Sequence record: DRR723986_13700
Reading direction: 5' to 3' (one strand)
DNA: 24,414 nt
Part shown: piece by piece, positions 1 through 8,502 of the stretch
How positions within the stretch are numbered: position 1 is the stretch's first letter
Layout of the letters: every line of letters starts with the position of its first letter
Notes under the pieces: model-generated
The model's input: the letters and a program-made list of their open reading frames with translations, nothing else
The model's database searches: none
What the model was told of the DNA's origin: nothing
Program-made: the position numbers and the translations under genes

Positions 1-680
1 GACACACACGCAGCTCCTCCAAAAACCTCTGGATATTCACTGATTGCATACATAGACATTAAACCTCCCATACTCGAACCCATAACAAATGTATGTTGAC
101 TATCCGTGTATACAGAATATTGCCTATCTACAAAAGGCTTTATCTCTTGCGTCAAACATTTTAAATAATTATCACCATTGAGCATTATGTTCTTTTTACC
201 AGCAATATCCATAAGGGAATCTTTTACACTTTCGTCAATATAATTAAGTGCTTTTTGCGGAAATAAATCTTGCCAACGTATTTGAGGAATATTATGAACC
301 GCGACAACAATAAAGTCATTAGTCTTTTTTTGGTCCATTAATTGTGTTGCCCACTCATCGACTTTCCATTCTTGCTTATTCCATGTTGTGGTGCTATCAA
401 ACAGCATTTGCCCATCGTGTATATACAATACACAATATTTTTTATCTCTGGTATAGTCTTTTGGCAACCATATGTCTGCTGGTCTTGGCACAATGTGTTT
501 AGAAGGAAAACTATCTATCCTAATTAATTTACCTGCAAATAACTTGACGTTCTCCACAGTTTCTAAATTATATAAAACTTTAGATATAATCTGTGGTTTT
601 ACCTCATCTAATTTTTCATTCTTTTCATTTTTACATGACAGTACTAAAAGAAGAACAAATATGAACAGTAGATTTTTCAT
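1..680 (-). CDS. Alpha/beta-hydrolase fold esterase, predicted lipoprotein; 3' end runs off the window start
   Basis: Absent from the ORF track and translated by hand from ATG at 680: MKNLLFIFVLLLVLSC (lipobox)...DIWLPKDY...YCVLYTHDGQMLFD...WKVDEWA...FIVVAVHN...FVMGSSMGGLMSMYAISEYPEVFGGAACV. It has a GxSxG nucleophile elbow and the HDGQ motif of the putative-esterase family. The frame is open to position 1. Confidence 0.9.
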   Translation of the reverse strand, partial: MKNLLFIFVLLLVLSCKNEKNEKLDEVKPQIISKVLYNLETVENVKLFAGKLIRIDSFPSKHIVPRPADIWLPKDYTRDKKYCVLYIHDGQMLFDSTTTWNKQEWKVDEWATQLMDQKKTNDFIVVAVHNIPQIRWQDLFPQKALNYIDESVKDSLMDIAGKKNIMLNGDNYLKCLTQEIKPFVDRQYSVYTDSQHTFVMGSSMGGLMSMYAISEYPEVFGGAACV

Positions 681-682
681 TG

Positions 683-2632
683 TTACAGCTTAGTAGTTAA
701 TATAATACTACCCTCTTCATTAAGCTTAATACTATCTCCCCAAACCATTGTTTCACCAGTAATGATATTTTTAAGTGTTTTACCTTTTAAGCCCATTTCT
801 TCATGATATTTTAAATCAATTTCAATAGGTTCATCATTTTTATTTATGATGTGTACTACAGTTTCCTCACCACTTGTGCGATATAAGAAATATGTTCCCA
901 TAAATGGCGCAAAATGTTTCGTTTCACCATTTTGTATTGCCTCACTGTTTTTTCTGTAATTCAGTACTTTCTTTAGGAAGGATTGCATGTCTTTTTGCTC
1001 TGTAGTTAAGCCTTCACCAGTAAAGGCGTTAACGGCATCACCTTGCCATCCACCAGGGAAATCCGTTCTAATTAATCCGTGATCTCCTGGATTAGCTGTA
1101 TCATCCATTAGTATCTCTGTACCATAATAAATCTGTGGTATCCTAGGCATCATTAACATATAACTTAAAGCCATTTTTGCTTTTGTAGCATCTTCTCCAA
1201 CCTCAGTATATATTCTACTTTTATCATGGTTGTCTAAAAACACCATGATATCATTTGGCGACTTATAGGCAAAATCATTGGCCAAGCCTTCATACAGTTT
1301 TACCAATCCTTTATCCCAGGATTCTTCTTCTTTGACTCCGTCAATAATGGCCTTTTGCATTGGGAAATCCATAGACGATTTTAAATTAGATTTATAACCA
1401 TCTGCGTTCTCTTTACCATCTTGCCAATAGGCAACTAAAAGAGGATTATAACTCCATTCTTCTCCAACTATTGAGAAATTTGGATATTCTTCCATAATCG
1501 CTCCTGCCCAATCAGTCATAAAATCTTTATCTGGATATGGATAAGTATCTTGTCTAATACCACCAAGATCCAAGGTTTCAATCCACCAAATACTGTTTTG
1601 AATAATATAATTGGCCATAAAAGGATTACGTTGGTTTAAATCTGGCATGCCTTTTACAAACCAACCATCTGTCATTCCTTGATGATCCTTTTCAGAAGCA
1701 TAAGGATCTTGATTGGTTGTTCGTCTATGATTAGAATATATGGTTTTTTGCCAATCCCAATTGTCTATATTCTCTTCATAGTTTTCTTGAAAGTTAACCC
1801 AATCTTTAAATGGTAAGTCTTTCATCCACCAATGTTCTAATCCACAGTGATTAGCCACCTGATCCATAATTAACTTCATGCCTTTCTCCTTTAATTTTGA
1901 AGAAAATTCTTTGTAATCATCCAATGTGCCGATTCGTGGATCTACCTTATGATAATCTGTAATAGCATAGCCATGATATGAACCTTGAGGCATATCATTT
2001 ATAAGGACTGGCGTTGGCCAAACAGCAGTGTAACCCAAATCATGGATATAGTCTATACTATTAATCATTCCTCTTAAATCACCACCATGCCTTTCGTAAC
2101 CTTCAGACCTATCAATATTAGTTTGCTTTAATCCTTCAATAATATCATTTGAAGTATCACCATTTGCAAAACGATCTGGTGTGATTAAGAAAATAGCGTC
2201 CGAACTATCAAAACCTACATAATCTTCGGCTGATTTTATACGTTCTTTTAATTCATAAGTGGCGATAAGTTCTTCGTTGTTATCGTTTTTGAACTTTATA
2301 TTGAATTGACCAGCAGAAGCATCTTCAGAAATTTTAAGGTCAATAAATAAATAGTTGTTACTGTTATCACCTTTTGAAACTTTTTCAATAGAAATTCCGG
2401 AATATGCTATACTTGGTTTAAAATCTGAAATATTAGGATGCTTCACCAATAACTGAAGACTATCGCTTTTAAAACCAACCCACCAATATGGAGGTTCAAT
2501 TTTATCAATATCATTTGACTCTACTAAAGTTGCATTGGAAGACGAATTTTCTTCGGGCTTTGACTCGCTCTCTTTACAAGCAATTAAGATAAAAAGTGTA
2601 AAGACTGTTAGAATTTTTAATGAATGTTTCAT
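683..2632 (-). CDS. GH13 cyclomaltodextrinase/neopullulanase (SusA-like, probably GH13_46), lipoprotein
   Basis: Lipobox LIAC; N-domain KIEPPYWWVG; PDRFANGD, GGDLRG, YHGYAITD; catalytic regions GIRQDTYPY (Asp), VGEEW (Glu), LDNHD (Asp). Confidence 0.92.
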   Translation of the reverse strand: MKHSLKILTVFTLFILIACKESESKPEENSSSNATLVESNDIDKIEPPYWWVGFKSDSLQLLVKHPNISDFKPSIAYSGISIEKVSKGDNSNNYLFIDLKISEDASAGQFNIKFKNDNNEELIATYELKERIKSAEDYVGFDSSDAIFLITPDRFANGDTSNDIIEGLKQTNIDRSEGYERHGGDLRGMINSIDYIHDLGYTAVWPTPVLINDMPQGSYHGYAITDYHKVDPRIGTLDDYKEFSSKLKEKGMKLIMDQVANHCGLEHWWMKDLPFKDWVNFQENYEENIDNWDWQKTIYSNHRRTTNQDPYASEKDHQGMTDGWFVKGMPDLNQRNPFMANYIIQNSIWWIETLDLGGIRQDTYPYPDKDFMTDWAGAIMEEYPNFSIVGEEWSYNPLLVAYWQDGKENADGYKSNLKSSMDFPMQKAIIDGVKEEESWDKGLVKLYEGLANDFAYKSPNDIMVFLDNHDKSRIYTEVGEDATKAKMALSYMLMMPRIPQIYYGTEILMDDTANPGDHGLIRTDFPGGWQGDAVNAFTGEGLTTEQKDMQSFLKKVLNYRKNSEAIQNGETKHFAPFMGTYFLYRTSGEETVVHIINKNDEPIEIDLKYHEEMGLKGKTLKNIITGETMVWGDSIKLNEEGSIILTTKL

Positions 2633-4980
2633 AAGTCTACTATTTTATTTACTTGATTTGAGGCGAAAAAATCTATTATAGTCACCAAATTATTAGGTGA
2701 AATTGTTACTGCTGTACCATTTACTAAAATTTGTAAATCTGAGTTTCCTTCTAATTCAAAATGTGTTTCATTTTGATTGACGATAACCTTTAATACTTGA
2801 TTCCTAAAATTAACTTTAAACGAATAAGCTTCCCATTGCTTGGGTATTTTAGGTTCAAAGGTTAATTGATCATTTCTTACACGCATTCCTCCAAAGCCTT
2901 CTACAATACTCATCCAAGTACCAGCCATAGATGTAATATGAAGGCCTTCATGAACTTCGTGATTATAGTCATCTAAATCTAAACGCGATGTTCTTAAATA
3001 AAATGTGTAAGCCTGATCCATTCTGTTTAATTTAGCAGCCTGAATGCTGTGTACGCAAGGAGATAAGGAGCTTTCATGAACTGTAAATGGTTCGTAAAAA
3101 TCAAAATGACGTTCCAAATCTTCGGTAGTAAAATGATCTTCAAAAAAATAAAAGCCTTGTAAAGTATCTGCTTGTTTTATATAAGGAGAACGTAATATTC
3201 TATCCCAAGACCATTTTTGATTAATTGGTCGTTGTGATTTATCTAAATCTGCAACAGTAATGAGTTCTTTGTCTAAAAATCCATCTTGCTGAAGGTATAC
3301 ATTATGCTCTTCCGAAAAAGGAAAATACATTTGATCAGCAACTTTTTTCCACTGTGCTATTTCCTCGTGAGTAATGTGTGTTTTCCCCTTTATTCGGCTA
3401 TAATCATCCTCAAAGCCTACTCTAACTTTTTCAATATTTTCTATAGCGTAATTAATGCACCATTGGGCAATATAGTTAGTGTACCAATTATTATTGATGT
3501 TATTTTCATACTCATTTGGCCCAGTGACTCCGAGAATCACATACTTGTTTTTATCTTTTGAGAATGTTGCACGTTGATGCCAAAATCTAGCGATACCAAT
3601 AAGGACTTCTAATCCCATTTCGGGTATATAACTAAAATCTCCAGTGTAGCGATAGTAATTATATATTGCAAAGGCTATTGCTCCATTTCTATGAATCTCT
3701 TCAAATGTAATTTCCCATTCGTTATGGCACTCTTCACCATTCATGGTTACCATTGGGTATAATGCTGCTCCATTTTTAAAGCCTAATTTTTCAGCATTTT
3801 CTATGGCTTTTTCTAAATGTTTATATCTGTAGGTTAATAAATTTCTAGCTACACTTTGATCTTTTGTAGCCATATAAAATGGTATGCAGTAAGCTTCAGT
3901 ATCCCAATATGTACTTCCTCCATATTTTTCTCCCGTAAAACCTTTAGGTCCTATATTAAGTTGAGGGTCTTTACCAAGGTAAGTTTGATTTAAATGAAAT
4001 ATATTAAATCTTATGCCTTGTTGTGCTTTAACATCACCATCTATTGTGATGTCTGCCATATCCCAAATCTTAGACCAAGACTCTTTTTGAGCTTCTAAGA
4101 GTCTCGCAAATCCAGAACCAACAGCCTTATCTAATACGGCTTTTGCTGCCGTGACCAACTCATATTTATTATGGTTTCTATCTACCGTATAACCACCAAA
4201 CTTATTAATTGATAGTGTTTCTCCTTTTTTAACTTGTTGCTGATATAGAAAAGCAATATGTGTAGAAGCTTTATCAATTTGTGGTTTTATTTTCACCTGT
4301 GAACCATTATGGTAAATTTGAGACTCCATAAAAGTACAGGTATAGAAGTCTGTTTTCATGGTTTTGGACTGAATGAAAGCTCTTTCATCTTGTTGAGAGA
4401 CACTTAAGGTATCCCAAAACTTGTCATCCCAGTTAGTATCTTCATTAGTAATACCACTATCTAAGTAGGGCTGAAATGTTATTTCTGCATCGCTATTTAA
4501 TAGCTTAACACTAAAATCTATAGCACCTAATTCGTCAGTTTCTAAACTTAAAAAACGCTTAACTTGTACTTCTATTTGAATTTCGTTTGGTAACGTAACA
4601 TTAAAGCTTCTGGATAACCAACCTTCTTTCATATTAAGCTCTCGCTTAAAATTTTGTACATTTTTACAAGTATGCAGGTCTAATTGTTCATTATTTATGA
4701 AAACATTTATGCCTATCCAATTTGGTGCATTTAGCACTTTAGCAAAATATTCTGGATAGCCATTTTTCCACCAACCAACTCTGGTTTTATCTGGATAATA
4801 AACTCCTGCAATATAGCTTCCTTGAAAGGTTGGTCCGGAATAGTGTTCTTCAAAATTTGCTCGTTGTCCCATAGCACCATTTCCTATGCTAAATAAACTT
4901 TCTGAAGCTTTAACATGACTTGGTTCGAACCCTTCCTCTATGATTGACCATTCATTTGGTTTTATATAATCGAGATTCAT
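2629..4980 (-). CDS. GH65 maltose phosphorylase; ATG at 4980 preferred over the TTG at 4998
   Basis: ESLFSIGNG, IGPKGFTGEKYGGSTYWDTE, GPNEY, IKQAD, HESSLS motifs; lies next to beta-PGM; overlaps the downstream GH13 start by 4 nt (ATGA). Confidence 0.93.
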   Translation of the reverse strand: MNLDYIKPNEWSIIEEGFEPSHVKASESLFSIGNGAMGQRANFEEHYSGPTFQGSYIAGVYYPDKTRVGWWKNGYPEYFAKVLNAPNWIGINVFINNEQLDLHTCKNVQNFKRELNMKEGWLSRSFNVTLPNEIQIEVQVKRFLSLETDELGAIDFSVKLLNSDAEITFQPYLDSGITNEDTNWDDKFWDTLSVSQQDERAFIQSKTMKTDFYTCTFMESQIYHNGSQVKIKPQIDKASTHIAFLYQQQVKKGETLSINKFGGYTVDRNHNKYELVTAAKAVLDKAVGSGFARLLEAQKESWSKIWDMADITIDGDVKAQQGIRFNIFHLNQTYLGKDPQLNIGPKGFTGEKYGGSTYWDTEAYCIPFYMATKDQSVARNLLTYRYKHLEKAIENAEKLGFKNGAALYPMVTMNGEECHNEWEITFEEIHRNGAIAFAIYNYYRYTGDFSYIPEMGLEVLIGIARFWHQRATFSKDKNKYVILGVTGPNEYENNINNNWYTNYIAQWCINYAIENIEKVRVGFEDDYSRIKGKTHITHEEIAQWKKVADQMYFPFSEEHNVYLQQDGFLDKELITVADLDKSQRPINQKWSWDRILRSPYIKQADTLQGFYFFEDHFTTEDLERHFDFYEPFTVHESSLSPCVHSIQAAKLNRMDQAYTFYLRTSRLDLDDYNHEVHEGLHITSMAGTWMSIVEGFGGMRVRNDQLTFEPKIPKQWEAYSFKVNFRNQVLKVIVNQNETHFELEGNSDLQILVNGTAVTISPNNLVTIIDFFASNQVNKIVDL

Positions 4981-5027
4981 GTAATATCTTAATTTCAAAG
5001 CCTTAATTGTATTAAGACTTTCCTTTT

Positions 5028-5684
5028 TTAATTATTAATTAATGATTGTAAAAATTCTTCTGAGATTTCTGTGAAATCTCGGAATACGTAATCCGCATGT
5101 CCCAAAACATCTTCACTTCCTATACCAATTGAAACCATTTTTGCTGTATTTGCTGCGGTAACACCTGCTACTGAATCTTCAAAAACGATACAATTTTCGG
5201 CTTCCATATTTAATAGTTGAGCTGCAATTAAAAACACCTCCGGATCTGGCTTTGCTTTACTTACATCATTACCATCTACAATTGCATTGAACTTTTGTTT
5301 CAAGTTAACACGCTCTAATATTGTTCTAGCATTTTTACTTGCCGAGCCTAATGCAATAGGTTGTTTATTGGCAATTAAATAGTCCAAAACTTCTGGAACA
5401 TCTGGTAATATTTCAGACTCGTCCATTTTAGAAATATGATTAAGGTAATCGTCATTCTTATCACCCATCAATTGCAAGAATTGCTCTTTTTCAATTGTTT
5501 TGTTTCCCCAATCGAGTATTTTCTCTAAAGATCTTACTCGACTTACACCTTTAAGTTGTTCATTTTCTTCTTCTGAAAAATCAATATCTAAACTATTGGC
5601 TAATTTTTTCCAAGCTAAAAAATGATATTTAGCAGTATCGACTATTACTCCATCTAAATCGAATATGAATCCTTTCTTCATCAT
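5028..5684 (-). CDS. pgmB: Beta-phosphoglucomutase (HAD family)
   Basis: FDLDGVIVDTA (motif I), LKGVSR, SASKNA, KPDPEVF, FEDSVAG; adjacent to the GH65 phosphorylase. Confidence 0.96.
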   Translation of the reverse strand: MMKKGFIFDLDGVIVDTAKYHFLAWKKLANSLDIDFSEEENEQLKGVSRVRSLEKILDWGNKTIEKEQFLQLMGDKNDDYLNHISKMDESEILPDVPEVLDYLIANKQPIALGSASKNARTILERVNLKQKFNAIVDGNDVSKAKPDPEVFLIAAQLLNMEAENCIVFEDSVAGVTAANTAKMVSIGIGSEDVLGHADYVFRDFTEISEEFLQSLINN

Positions 5685-5688
5685 ATAT

Positions 5689-7041
5689 TTATTTTTCTAG
5701 TGCAACTTCATCATCCACATCTTTGACTCTAGAAACTAATAAGGCAGCTATTATAAACGAAACTCCACTCATTACTAAAGCAAATATTGGTTTATCGTTA
5801 TATAAATACTTTACCATTGGCCCTCCAATTAAAGCATTTAATATTTGAGGTAGTACTATGAAAAAATTAAATATACCCATGTACACACCCATTTTTCTAG
5901 CTGGAATAGAACCAGCCAAAATTGCGTAAGGCATCGCTAGAATACTTGCCCATGCTATACCAACTCCTACCATTGAAAGTATTAACCAATTTTTATCTGG
6001 TAATACATATAGTGATAATAGTCCTAATGCTCCAATAATTAACGAATACGAATGTGTTTTTTTACGTCCGATTTTCTTAGCAATTGCAGGTAAGAAAAAA
6101 GCATAAATGGCAGAAACCAAATTATAAACTCCGAAAAGAATACCTACCCAATCTCCTGCATCTTGAAATCCTTTACTATGAGTATCCGATATATCTAAAC
6201 CATAAATATGAGATGCGATAGCTGGAGTTGCAAAAACCCACATACCAAATAACCCAAACCACGAAAAAAATTGAACCCATGCTAATTGACGCATGGTATC
6301 AGGCATTTTAGCGAAATCCGAAAAGATATTCATAATGCTAGAAGATTCCTCTTCCGCCTCAACTTCACCTTCAGCTGCATGGATAAGTTCCATTTCTTCT
6401 GGTGAATATTCTTTTGTTGTTATTACCGTAACTAAAATACTTCCAATAAGTACCGCAGCACCAATAAAAAATGATAGCAATAGATTTAAAGGCACTTCAC
6501 CGACAGCTGCTTCATTGGTTATATTAAACCAATTCGCTAAAACATATGGTAACCATGATCCGATTACCGCACCAATACCTATTAATATTGTTTGAACACT
6601 AAATCCAAGTGTTCTCTGATCAGAAGGTAATACATCAGCAACTAATGCTCTAAACGGCTCCATTGCAATGTTAAAGGACGCATCCATTATCATAAGCATA
6701 CCAGCACCAACCCACAAAGCAGGCATAAATGCGGTAAACATATCTGAATTAGGCATTAGAATCAAACCTATCGAAGCCAAAATAGCTCCAACTAAAAAGT
6801 AAGGTCTTCTTCTACCAAGTTTTGTCCAGGTTCGGTCACTATAATGACCAATTATAGGCTGAACTATTAAACCCGTTAATGGAGCAACAATCCAGAACCA
6901 GGATAATTCGTGAACATCTGCACCAAAAATTTGAAGTATTCTACTTGCGTTAGCATTTTGCAGGGCAAAACCCATTTGGACTCCTAAGAAACCGAAACTT
7001 AAATTCCAAATTTCCCAAAAGCTTAATCTACGCTTTTCCAT
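5689..7041 (-). CDS. MFS (SLC45/GPH-like) maltose/maltodextrin transporter
   Basis: About 12 hydrophobic segments; QPIIGHYSDRT..LGRRRPY, MEPFRALVAD, GVYMGIFNFFIVLPQ motifs; context. Confidence 0.9.
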   Translation of the reverse strand: MEKRRLSFWEIWNLSFGFLGVQMGFALQNANASRILQIFGADVHELSWFWIVAPLTGLIVQPIIGHYSDRTWTKLGRRRPYFLVGAILASIGLILMPNSDMFTAFMPALWVGAGMLMIMDASFNIAMEPFRALVADVLPSDQRTLGFSVQTILIGIGAVIGSWLPYVLANWFNITNEAAVGEVPLNLLLSFFIGAAVLIGSILVTVITTKEYSPEEMELIHAAEGEVEAEEESSSIMNIFSDFAKMPDTMRQLAWVQFFSWFGLFGMWVFATPAIASHIYGLDISDTHSKGFQDAGDWVGILFGVYNLVSAIYAFFLPAIAKKIGRKKTHSYSLIIGALGLLSLYVLPDKNWLILSMVGVGIAWASILAMPYAILAGSIPARKMGVYMGIFNFFIVLPQILNALIGGPMVKYLYNDKPIFALVMSGVSFIIAALLVSRVKDVDDEVALEK

Positions 7042-7132
7042 TAAATAGTATGTTTAAATTAATACTATTCTGACAAGCTTAGCTCATCAAAACTTATTGT
7101 AGAAGTGAAAATATAAGTTTTGATTTATGCTG

Positions 7133-7140
7133 TAAAGATA
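7133..7140 (-). promoter_or_regulatory. Candidate Bacteroidota sigma-A -7 element for the MFS-pgmB-GH65-GH13-esterase arm
   Basis: Minus strand reads TATCTTTA(CAGC), one mismatch from the TAnnTTTG consensus, about 90 nt upstream of the MFS ATG. Confidence 0.5.
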
Positions 7141-7171
7141 TACAATATTTTAAATAAGCAATGTTAAATTT

Positions 7172-8221
7172 CTATTTGGTAGACTCTCTTTCAATTAATT
7201 CAGTTGCAATTACAACAGTTTGAAATTCTTCGTCGAGATCTGTATTTAGTTCATTTTCCAGCTTATCTATTAATAGATTTGCAGCAGTTTCACCCATATT
7301 TTGCGCATGCTGACTTACAGTGGTTAGTCCAGGTGTAGCATGTTTAGCCAAAACGCCATCACTAAAACCAACTACTTGTATGTCTTCTGGAATTTTATAC
7401 CCTAATTTACGTGCTACTTTCATAGCTGATAAAGCATACAGTTCATTAACCGCAAAAACACCATCAATGTGTTTGTTTGATGCAAATAGTGTTTCAATTT
7501 CAGCTTCTAAAGTATCTAGATGTTCATCGTAATTTAATGTATCATCTAGTTTTAGAATCAATTCTGCCTGTGGTGTAATATTATGGTCCTGCAACGCCTC
7601 TAAGTAACCTTGTGTTCTAAGTTTACCAACACTAACATAATCTTTGGTTGTAATTAACGCAATAGCTTTACACTGGTTGTCAATTAGCTTTTTTACAGCT
7701 GTTTTAGCTCCATTAAAATCATCTACAATTACTTTGTCACATCTAATATCTGAAACCACACGGTCAAACATTACTATTGGCATACCTTGACTAATGGTTT
7801 CATTAAAATGATGGTAATCTTGTAACTGTAATGTTTCTTTTGATATTGAAAGTATAAAACCATCTATACTACCATTTGCCAACATCTCCATATTGATTAC
7901 TTCTTTTGAAAAAGACTCATTAGATAAACCAATGATAACATTATAACCTCTCTTATTAGCCACATTCTCTACACCACTAATGACGTTAGAAAAAAAGTGA
8001 TGAACTATTTCAGGAATTAGGATACCTATTGTATTTGTTTTCCTGTTTTTTAAACTTAAAGCTATATTATTAGGTCTGTAATTGTAGAGCTTAGCGAAAG
8101 CCTGAACTTTTTGCTTAGTATCTTCACTTATTTCCGCACTATTTCTTAACGCTTTTGAAACTGTTGAAATAGACACATCTAATTCTCGAGCTATTTGTTT
8201 GAGGGTTATTTTTCTCTTCAT
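7172..8221 (-). CDS. LacI-family transcriptional regulator (MalR-like)
   Basis: N-terminal HTH ITLKQIARELDVSISTVSKAL, hinge YRPNNIALSL, sugar-binding domain with IPEDIQVVGFSD and LTTVSQ. Confidence 0.96.
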   Translation of the reverse strand: MKRKITLKQIARELDVSISTVSKALRNSAEISEDTKQKVQAFAKLYNYRPNNIALSLKNRKTNTIGILIPEIVHHFFSNVISGVENVANKRGYNVIIGLSNESFSKEVINMEMLANGSIDGFILSISKETLQLQDYHHFNETISQGMPIVMFDRVVSDIRCDKVIVDDFNGAKTAVKKLIDNQCKAIALITTKDYVSVGKLRTQGYLEALQDHNITPQAELILKLDDTLNYDEHLDTLEAEIETLFASNKHIDGVFAVNELYALSAMKVARKLGYKIPEDIQVVGFSDGVLAKHATPGLTTVSQHAQNMGETAANLLIDKLENELNTDLDEEFQTVVIATELIERESTK

Positions 8222-8250
8222 ATTTATGGTTACAAAATGGTGCTGAACAG

Positions 8251-8258
8251 CGAAGATA
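8251..8258 (-). promoter_or_regulatory. Candidate -7 promoter element for the LacI gene
   Basis: Minus strand TATCTTCG, one mismatch from TAnnTTTG, about 30 nt upstream of the ATG at 8221. Confidence 0.4.
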
Positions 8259-8376
8259 ATCTAAAAATTATTTTAGCAGAATTAAGAACCTTATAATTTT
8301 AACTATTAAAAATTGTGAAATCCTTAATTTTTCAATAATTTTCTTCAAGTGTTAATTTTAGTTAAAAAGTTTTTAA

Positions 8377-8394
8377 CACGAAAACGTTTTCGTG
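8377..8394. promoter_or_regulatory. LacI-family operator (perfect 18-bp palindrome)
   Basis: CACGAAAACGTTTTCGTG, with the central CG and AAAC/GTTT core typical of LacI operators, in the divergent lacI/susC spacer. Confidence 0.88.
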
Positions 8395-8428
8395 ACATCT
8401 GTGATGTTTTTTAACACTCAAATCACAG

Positions 8429-8436
8429 TAATTTTA
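8429..8436 (+). promoter_or_regulatory. Candidate -7 promoter element for the susC operon
   Basis: TAATTTTA(CA), one mismatch from TAnnTTTG, about 65 nt upstream of the susC ATG; the AT-rich context weakens the call. Confidence 0.35.
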
Positions 8437-8502
8437 CATAGATTTAACCCAAGAAGTGAAAATATAAATTAATTAACTAAGCAATTAACTTAAAAATATT
8501 GT

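Noticed and set aside
342-693. Short plus-strand ORFs 342-527 and 472-693
   Set aside because: Antisense shadows of the minus-strand esterase gene, which has clear family motifs
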